From the IMG/VR virus record IMGVR_UViG_3300020045_017667, positions 1 through 41,550 of that record: a stretch of 41,550 nt of DNA, one strand, 5' to 3'. The notes under the pieces are model-generated. The model did not search any database. It saw only the letters and a program-made list of their open reading frames with translations, and had not been told where the DNA came from. Below, one piece after another: positions 1 through 5,365 of this stretch. Position 1 is the stretch's first letter. Each line of letters starts with the position of its first letter. The stretch comes from a virus (taxonomy: Duplodnaviria; Caudoviricetes). The translations under genes were made by a program, and so were the position numbers.

Positions 1-182
1 TGTGCATGTGCAGTGGTCCTTTGCCAGCGAAAATCTGCCGTAACAGGATACAGGTTTTAGGCCCATAAAGTTAATGATCAATTTGTCTACAGTGTGCAAA
101 TTAACATTAATGCATATTAATATCTTTTAGCTGGTCGTGCGGTTATTAGATAGGGCAGAAAAGGTAGTTTAATGATTAAACT

Positions 183-236
183 GCCTGAATTACAGCATAT
201 TAAGGCTGTAGTGATCGAATCACAATTCAGGCACCA
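183..236 (+). ncRNA. tRNA-like element 1 (only copy ending in CCA)
   Basis: GCCTGAA(183-189)/TTCAGGC(226-232) 7-bp stem then A-CCA; inner hairpin TACAGC/GCTGTA; GTG-ATCGAAT-CAC T-arm-like hairpin. Confidence 0.75.
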
Positions 237-279
237 CAAATGTAACTAACTAAAAACTAACAATTTAAATCTAAATGCC

Positions 280-576
280 ATGAGAAAAACTATTTTAACA
301 GTTGGCCTGACAGCTAACGAGACAGGTAATTTTGCACCGATAGAACGCGAAACCGTTATCGAAACCATAAAATTGATAATGGACGTTGAAGGTATTCCAG
401 CCTACACGCTTGTTGATTGTACCGGATATTGGGAAGGTAAACCAGAAAAATCACTGCAAATAATCGTTATTAACGATAGTTTTCCAGTGCAGAATGTTTG
501 CAATTGGCTAAAAAGTAACCTCCTTCAGGACTGCATAGCAGTTGAAATAAGTTATCCAGAATTCAGTTTGTTGTAG
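280..576 (+). CDS. Early protein, candidate SAM lyase (T3 0.3-like / DUF3574-like fold)
   Basis: Motifs TGYWEG-KPEKS...NV...QDCIAV resemble T3 SAMase TGCYRE..EEKT...NV...QDCVLV as recalled; first gene of the early region. CDS is solid, function tentative. Confidence 0.5.
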   Translation: MRKTILTVGLTANETGNFAPIERETVIETIKLIMDVEGIPAYTLVDCTGYWEGKPEKSLQIIVINDSFPVQNVCNWLKSNLLQDCIAVEISYPEFSLL

Positions 577-582
577 AATTCT

Positions 583-635
583 ACCTGTATACAGTTGAAA
601 TATGGCTGTAGTATCGAATACATATACAGGTGCAA
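583..635 (+). ncRNA. tRNA-like element 2
   Basis: ACCTGTA/TACAGGT 7-bp stem then G-CAA; inner hairpin TACAGT/GCTGTA; GT-ATCGAAT-AC loop; same subtype as element 1. Confidence 0.72.
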
Positions 636-674
636 AAATAATTTCCTTTAGCTAACAATTTAAAACAAATAACC

Positions 675-968
675 ATGAAAACTTTAGAACAATTTACCGC
701 AGAATGGAATGCAATTAATTTAATGAAATTATTTGAAATACCAGTAACAAACAAGCTAACGAACGAGGGGGATTTTTTAACATTCGATATCTCGATCAGG
801 GGAAATTCGTTTATTGCTCAGCATAACAGTTTAACTGAAGCACAGGTCAATAGTGATAAAATAGCCTTTGTTTCTGTAGAAATTGACCTAGATTTTTCAA
901 TTGATCACCACTTGAACGAATTGTACGAAGCTTGCACCACTGCAATAATGGAATCAGAATTTTTTTGA
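675..968 (+). CDS. Small acidic early protein, unknown function
   Basis: 97-aa ORF with A-rich leader ending ataaccATG; D/E greatly exceed K/R. Confidence 0.8.
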   Translation: MKTLEQFTAEWNAINLMKLFEIPVTNKLTNEGDFLTFDISIRGNSFIAQHNSLTEAQVNSDKIAFVSVEIDLDFSIDHHLNELYEACTTAIMESEFF

Positions 969-983
969 ACTTACAGATTAATA

Positions 984-1028
984 GCCAGTTATGGTATTAA
1001 CCGGGGACCGTTACCCCGGCTGGCACAA
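984..1028 (+). ncRNA. tRNA-like element 3
   Basis: GCCAG/CTGGC stem, linker TTATGGTATTAA, CCGGGG-ACCGTTA-CCCCGG, A-CAA end; divergent loop. Confidence 0.72.
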
Positions 1029-1069
1029 TAGGTTGTAACACAAATTTTAACCAATTAACACAAATTACC

Positions 1070-1483
1070 ATGAAATATGTAATAACTTTTCAGGACTGTT
1101 TTAGCTTCGCAGTGGTAAAAAAAGAAGCCGACATTACACCCAAACAAGCCGACATAATTAGGCTGGCCATATTAGATTCACGAATTGTGAAGCAATATGT
1201 CGAAAACGGTATTAACTACAACTGGATACCAAAAAAAATACTCCCTACAAAATTGCAGGAAAACAAAAAAATCAGGTCTTCTTATTACGCGTACTTTAAT
1301 TTGAGCGTAAACCAGCGTATTAACTTACGTCAGTACCGTAATGCACTAAACATAAACTGGTTGTTTTCAACGTGCATAAACGGATTCAGCCGGGAGGACA
1401 AAGGGCCAGAATTCCCGGTAAATAATCAGGTAAAATTGTATCACGTTTGCGGAAAGCAGCATTCACAATACCCTAAAAATTAA
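1070..1483 (+). CDS. Hypothetical early protein (basic)
   Basis: 137-aa ORF, leader aaattaccATG, bracketed by elements 3 and 4. Confidence 0.75.
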   Translation: MKYVITFQDCFSFAVVKKEADITPKQADIIRLAILDSRIVKQYVENGINYNWIPKKILPTKLQENKKIRSSYYAYFNLSVNQRINLRQYRNALNINWLFSTCINGFSREDKGPEFPVNNQVKLYHVCGKQHSQYPKN

Positions 1484-1489
1484 CCGATA

Positions 1490-1535
1490 ACCCTGTATGG
1501 TACAAGCCGGGATTCGAATTCCCGGCAGGGTGCAA
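1490..1535 (+). ncRNA. tRNA-like element 4
   Basis: ACCCT/AGGGT plus GCCGGGA-TTCGAAT-TCCCGGC (12 bp total), linker GTATGGTACAA, G-CAA end. Confidence 0.8.
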
Positions 1536-1555
1536 ACAACTTAAATTTAATCATT

Positions 1556-2167
1556 ATGGGAACTTCAAATTTTTATAACAAGAATGCAAGTAAAGTTTTC
1601 GCTGTGCTAATGGATTATGAACAATTCAAAACAGACGAAAACGGGAACGAAACAGAAGAAACTGAAACGGTATCCGCACAGGAATGGGATCTTGATAATT
1701 TTTTAAGCTTTTTCGCTGAGAAATTGAACGAAAGCAAGTTTAATCCATGCGTGCCGAAAACTCCAATGTGGGAACCAAACAGTAACCGTAATTTTGAGGG
1801 TGTAATTTTAGGCGAACTTTCCAGCCGAAAAACATATGGAGGGCTGGAGATAAAGGTCGAAATTCAGGCCATAAAAAGAAACGGGTATTACGAGGGGGCA
1901 AATTTAGACTGGAATTGTTTGATCAAAATTGACGGATACGAGATGGACGGGTACGAATTTAAAGAGGAGTTTGTAGACAAGGCCGAAACTTACTACAATA
2001 TGAAGGGAGGGCTGGCAAAGATAATTGCACCGAAAGCGTATAAGTGGGCGCTAAAAACAAAGGATACGTTAATTGATGAGATTGAACGGATTTTCACCGA
2101 AATTAGTACTCCATTGGTACGGGTTGCAACGTTTTCGAACGGAGAAACAATTTACCAACAAGTTTAA
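1556..2167 (+). CDS. Hypothetical early protein
   Basis: 203-aa ORF with GYYEGANLD and FSNGETIY motifs typical of small phage proteins; between elements 4 and 5. Confidence 0.82.
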   Translation: MGTSNFYNKNASKVFAVLMDYEQFKTDENGNETEETETVSAQEWDLDNFLSFFAEKLNESKFNPCVPKTPMWEPNSNRNFEGVILGELSSRKTYGGLEIKVEIQAIKRNGYYEGANLDWNCLIKIDGYEMDGYEFKEEFVDKAETYYNMKGGLAKIIAPKAYKWALKTKDTLIDEIERIFTEISTPLVRVATFSNGETIYQQV

Positions 2168-2173
2168 CTCAAT

Positions 2174-2221
2174 ACCCCTGTAGCGTTATTTAAAATAGCT
2201 CGCAACTATTCAGGGGTGCAA
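2174..2221 (+). ncRNA. tRNA-like element 5
   Basis: Exact 7+5 geometry: ACCCCTG/CAGGGGT, then TAGC (tRNA positions 8-11), AATAG-CTCGCAA-CTATT, G-CAA end. Confidence 0.75.
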
Positions 2222-2258
2222 TTAATTACAATTAGCTAACAATCTAACTTAAATTACC

Positions 2259-2627
2259 ATGGAGACAAACAAAATTGAAGGTAACAAATTGATCATTAAC
2301 TTTATGGGCCTAAAACCTGTATCCTGTTACGGCAGATTTTCGCTGGCAAAGGACCACTGCACATGCACAGAAGATACACCCGGGGCCGCAATTTCCGGAT
2401 TTGCGTCAATAGCCAAATATCCCACTTCATGGGATTGGTTAATGCCAGTACTATTGAACATAGGCGAACGAACGGGCTGGACTCTGGTAATGGAGGAAAG
2501 TACTTCGTACTGGTGTAATGAAGGCCAACACGATGAGCTTGAAGAGCGTGGCGGATACTCCAATATTCAGAACATATGGGAAAACGTTGTTGCATTTTTG
2601 AACTGGAACAAAAACAATTTAAACTAA
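2259..2627 (+). CDS. Phage protein with Y-x-x-SWDWLMPV motif
   Basis: NKLIINFMG...KYPTSWDWLMPV...VVAFLNW pattern recurrent in Bacteroidota phages; leader aaattaccATG. Confidence 0.8.
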   Translation: METNKIEGNKLIINFMGLKPVSCYGRFSLAKDHCTCTEDTPGAAISGFASIAKYPTSWDWLMPVLLNIGERTGWTLVMEESTSYWCNEGQHDELEERGGYSNIQNIWENVVAFLNWNKNNLN

Positions 2628-2633
2628 CCAAAC

Positions 2634-2903
2634 ATGAAAAAGTTGTTAATTGCATGTATTATGCTGGTATCCTTGTCAGCATTCAGCCAAAATCAGCCCA
2701 CCAGACCACAAACAAAGCCCTGTAGCTACACTTTAGTAGACGGTAAGGTAGTTGCAGCCAAAAAGGCCAACAAACAGGCTGATAAGGTCTTAATGACCGT
2801 GGACGGGGTTGATTTTTATGAAGGTGCCCGTGGAGGCGTGTATTACTTCACGATCAACAAAAAAGGCGAAAAAGTGAAGATGTACGTTAAAAAACAATAC
2901 TAG
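2634..2903 (+). CDS. Small exported basic protein with GxRGG-x-YY (PBCV basic-adaptor-like) motif
   Basis: Signal peptide MKKLLIACIMLVSLSAFS|Q; C-terminal YEGARGGVYYFTINKKGEKVKMYV. Confidence 0.7.
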   Translation: MKKLLIACIMLVSLSAFSQNQPTRPQTKPCSYTLVDGKVVAAKKANKQADKVLMTVDGVDFYEGARGGVYYFTINKKGEKVKMYVKKQY

Positions 2904-2945
2904 CCATAATGGTTTCACCGGGGTTCGATTCCCCGGCTGGCACAA
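2903..2945 (+). ncRNA. tRNA-like element 6
   Basis: GCCA/TGGC, linker TAATGGTTTCA, CCGGGG-TTCGATT-CCCCGG, A-CAA; first G is the G of the upstream TAG stop. Confidence 0.8.
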
Positions 2946-2967
2946 AACCAAGTAAACATAAATTACC

Positions 2968-3312
2968 ATGAGCACAATCAAGAAAATGACCGTAAAAGGA
3001 ACAGAATTCACCTTTGTAAACGAATTCAGGAAAAACAAATCAGGATTTTCACATCACTCAGATGTTTACCAAAACTCTGTAAAAGTTGGGACCGCCAAGG
3101 CTAAATACGAAAACCGGACGTGGGAAAATTACGAATTCCAAACTTCAATGAAACGGGCCGTAGATGCTGCCATCGCCAACGAGGAAAGCGAATTAATCGA
3201 AGAGTACAAGCGCAAAGAGGGTAAAAGCAGGGTAAAAGCCGAAGATCGTAAATGGATTATCGCCAACAACCCTACAATTGATTTACTTCTCAAACTTCGT
3301 GAGTCTCTTTAG
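2968..3312 (+). CDS. Hypothetical early protein
   Basis: 114-aa ORF, YENRTWENYEFQT motif; leader aattaccATG. Confidence 0.8.
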   Translation: MSTIKKMTVKGTEFTFVNEFRKNKSGFSHHSDVYQNSVKVGTAKAKYENRTWENYEFQTSMKRAVDAAIANEESELIEEYKRKEGKSRVKAEDRKWIIANNPTIDLLLKLRESL

Positions 3313-3320
3313 TTACCTTA

Positions 3321-3367
3321 GCCCCTTAGCTGGTATTCCTTCAGGTTCGAATCCTGAAGGGGCACAA
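3321..3367 (+). ncRNA. tRNA-like element 7
   Basis: GCCCCT/AGGGGC, TAGCTGGTA linker, TCAGG-TTCGAAT-CCTGA canonical T-arm, A-CAA. Confidence 0.85.
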
Positions 3368-3393
3368 ATTTTTAACAACTAAATTTCAAAACC

Positions 3394-3582
3394 ATGAACG
3401 ATTCATTTAACCGCTGTTATGTACCTTCAGTTACTGAAGATACCAGAAATTTCCCGCTTCATGCCGGGCACCCCTCGCTGTCAGCTCATCCCGGCAGAAG
3501 TGAAGAGCAAATAAAAATAGAACTGGCACAGCGTGAAAACGGACGGGCCAGAATCAACAAAAGCACGGGAGGTAGGCGATGA
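3394..3582 (+). CDS. Hypothetical protein
   Basis: 62-aa ORF with aaaaccATG leader; stop overlaps next ATG (ATGA). Confidence 0.6.
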   Translation: MNDSFNRCYVPSVTEDTRNFPLHAGHPSLSAHPGRSEEQIKIELAQRENGRARINKSTGGRR

Positions 3583-3692
3583 TCACTTTTCCCCAATATC
3601 CCGTAGAAAAGGACTATTCGATAAGCTGGCCCATGATTGGGGTTCTGACATTTGAGATACTTGTATCCATTATCGCAATAGCAACTTTGTAA
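3579..3692 (+). CDS. 37-aa membrane peptide (not in ORF track)
   Basis: MITFPQYPVEKDYSISWPMIGVLTFEILVSIIAIATL*; ATGA coupling; hydrophobic C-terminus; ends just before element 8. Confidence 0.6.
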   Translation: MITFPQYPVEKDYSISWPMIGVLTFEILVSIIAIATL

Positions 3693-3707
3693 AAGCCCCT
3701 TTTAAAA

Positions 3708-3754
3708 GCCCCTTAGCTGGTAATCCTTCAGGTTCGAATCCTGAAGGGGCGCAA
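3708..3754 (+). ncRNA. tRNA-like element 8
   Basis: 45/47 identical to element 7; G-CAA end. Confidence 0.85.
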
Positions 3755-3786
3755 ACTTATTAATTAATCACCTAAATTAAACAACC

Positions 3787-4035
3787 ATGAACAAAGTAAT
3801 TTTAATGCAAAAAAACTGTGTGTCCATAATCACAGCCGAGGGCGAATTCCTCCAGTCCTACAATTCGATAATAGTCCAGCGCAAACCGGACGGGGCCGTT
3901 GTCCTTGATGAAAAATACTGGGACTACAGCACAACAACGAGAAAGCACAGATTTTTATTTCTGGGCGAGGACAGCAAAACGATCAAAGCAAAAATCGCTT
4001 CAGGCGAATATACCTTTGCTGACTTGAATAAATAG
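3787..4035 (+). CDS. Conserved-type phage early protein
   Basis: LQSYNSII...YWDYSTTT motif seen in many small phage proteins; leader acaaccATG. Confidence 0.8.
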   Translation: MNKVILMQKNCVSIITAEGEFLQSYNSIIVQRKPDGAVVLDEKYWDYSTTTRKHRFLFLGEDSKTIKAKIASGEYTFADLNK

Positions 4036-4078
4036 GCCAGAATGGTTTCACCGGGGTTCGATCCCCCGGCTGGTACAA
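4036..4078 (+). ncRNA. tRNA-like element 9
   Basis: GCCAG/CTGGT, AATGGTTTCA, CCGGGG-TTCGATC-CCCCGG, A-CAA; 40/43 identical to element 6; starts directly after TAG. Confidence 0.85.
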
Positions 4079-4102
4079 ATTAATCACTTAAATTTTAAAA
4101 CC

Positions 4103-4336
4103 ATGAAACCTTACGATTTTTCAAAGATTGACTGGGCCTTATTGCGGGACCAGAAGAAAGAACTTTTAGCCAACTCAAACATGGCTGATGGCAGCCCTTT
4201 AACGGAAGCTATTGACGGGATCATAGAACTACTCGATTCTATTCAGGATTATGCCGTGGATGAGCTGGGGATGAGTGAAATGGAAGTGTTTGGGTTTATA
4301 CTTGATGATTCCACGGAAGGAGGTGAAAATGTGTAA
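4103..4336 (+). CDS. Small highly acidic protein
   Basis: 77 aa, 18 D/E versus 5 K/R; leader ttaaaaccATG. Confidence 0.8.
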   Translation: MKPYDFSKIDWALLRDQKKELLANSNMADGSPLTEAIDGIIELLDSIQDYAVDELGMSEMEVFGFILDDSTEGGENV

Positions 4337-4511
4337 TACGCGAAGATCAAAAAGCCTTACGTTTAAAGATTGGTGGGCCGAAAATCAGGATTCCTTTTTA
4401 CTAAAAGAGGCCTATGTCGAATACTTGTTCGAAAGGAAGCAGGAGGGAAGGCCGGGAACTCCGTCATCGTTTTACAGATGGGGTAGAAAGTATTATTTTG
4501 AAACAAAATAG
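4329..4511 (+). CDS. Hypothetical aromatic-rich protein (start revised to 4329)
   Basis: MCNTRRSK... start overlaps upstream stop by 8 nt; stop abuts element 10. Confidence 0.65.
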   Translation: MCNTRRSKSLTFKDWWAENQDSFLLKEAYVEYLFERKQEGRPGTPSSFYRWGRKYYFETK

Positions 4512-4554
4512 CCAGTACGGTACAAGCTAGGGTTCGATTCCTTAGCTGGCACTA
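4511..4554 (+). ncRNA. tRNA-like element 10
   Basis: GCCAG/CTGGC, TACGGTACAAG linker (as in element 4), CTAGGG-TTCGATT-CCTTAG, A-CTA. Confidence 0.82.
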
Positions 4555-4563
4555 ATTTTAATA

Positions 4564-4596
4564 ACTTAAACAATTCACTTAAACAATTCACTTAAA
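4564..4596 (+). repeat. 13-bp tandem repeat (2.5 copies) in leader
   Basis: ACTTAAACAATTC twice, then ACTTAAA. Confidence 0.85.
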
Positions 4597-4605
4597 TTTA
4601 AAACC

Positions 4606-4920
4606 ATGGAAAACAACAAATTGCCGGTGATGGACGATATCACCATGCGCTCAGCAAAACGGTTCCCAAACGGGTTCCGTACGTGGATCGAAACGTTCTA
4701 CGAAATTTCAACCAACATGGCTATAGTCCTAGGCCATGACGATTTTGACGGGATAAAATCCAAAACTGCTGCGCTGTACCGGGATCAGGGCAGAGCTGCG
4801 ATGTACGACAGAGCAATAGAACTTACGGACGAATTCGAGACTAAGAACGAAGGCCGGGAGTGGGACGGGGATCTTTTCGAAGAGATTGACGAATTCTTTA
4901 TCAAAAAGGAACTTGAATAA
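4606..4920 (+). CDS. Hypothetical acidic protein
   Basis: 104-aa ORF, FPNGFRTWIETFYEI motif; leader ttaaaaccATG. Confidence 0.8.
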   Translation: MENNKLPVMDDITMRSAKRFPNGFRTWIETFYEISTNMAIVLGHDDFDGIKSKTAALYRDQGRAAMYDRAIELTDEFETKNEGREWDGDLFEEIDEFFIKKELE

Positions 4921-4921
4921 A

Positions 4922-4964
4922 GCTACAATGGTTCTTCCCCGGTTCGATTCCAGGGGTAGCACAG
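4922..4964 (+). ncRNA. tRNA-like element 11
   Basis: GCTAC/GTAGC, AATGGTTCTT, CCCCGG-TTCGATT-CCAGGG (one mismatch), A-CAG. Confidence 0.78.
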
Positions 4965-4985
4965 ATAGGCATGTTGCCTGTTTTT
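4964..4985 (+). terminator. Candidate weak intrinsic terminator closing the array
   Basis: GATAGGCA-TGT-TGCCTGTT followed by a T run. Confidence 0.45.
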
Positions 4986-4996
4986 AAACCTAAATT

Positions 4997-5365
4997 ATGT
5001 TACAAGTTTCATGCAAGTATTGCGGAAAGCCAATCGTTTTTGGCGCAGACCTACACCCATTAAGGGATGAAGAGTCCATAAATGGCAAAATTATCCTCCA
5101 CGAAATGGAATGCGAAAACGGAGAAGCTGTCGTCAATGACGTACCCTCGTCCAACCGCTTAAAGAAGGACCATTGTGGCAAAACCATGATCAGGGTTCCC
5201 GAACTAAACCCAAAGGAGCACATCGAAAATGCCCTTATCTCGATTTCAAACCTGCGTACCATCGCCCGTGAACTTGAAGAAGAAGATGGGATCACGCAAT
5301 GCAACGCTGCCACAGAAGAGGTTTTAGCTATTCGTACGGTATTCATGAAGAAATACCGCTGGTAA
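4997..5365 (+). CDS. Hypothetical protein with possible Zn ligands
   Basis: CKYC...HEMEC; TAATG coupling to next gene. Confidence 0.7.
   Translation: MLQVSCKYCGKPIVFGADLHPLRDEESINGKIILHEMECENGEAVVNDVPSSNRLKKDHCGKTMIRVPELNPKEHIENALISISNLRTIARELEEEDGITQCNAATEEVLAIRTVFMKKYRW

Larger units (their letters stand above)
183..4964 (+). repeat. Array of 11 dispersed intergenic mini-tRNA-like elements separating early-gene cassettes
   Basis: Elements at 183, 583, 984, 1490, 2174, 2903, 3321, 3708, 4036, 4511 and 4922. Each has a closing stem, a 7-nt T-loop (mostly TTCGA(A/T)(T/C)) and an R-C-N-N end. Stem sequences vary while pairing is kept. Confidence 0.92.

Noticed and set aside
583-4554. Elements as intrinsic terminators
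   Set aside because: On the plus strand they are followed by A-rich sequence, not U-tracts. A secondary role stopping minus-strand read-through is not excluded for a few copies but does not explain the T-loop.
183-4964. Elements as genuine tRNA genes
   Set aside because: At 43-54 nt they have no D-stem and no canonical anticodon arm, so they cannot decode. Simple decay is unlikely because stems stay paired and placement is regular.
183-4964. CRISPR array
   Set aside because: Repeats are divergent and separated by 300-700 nt coding cassettes; no cas genes seen.
183-4964. Integron attC sites
   Set aside because: No consistent RYYYAAC...GTTRRRY boxes and no integrase in the window; T-loop and GG conservation fit an RNA mimic better.
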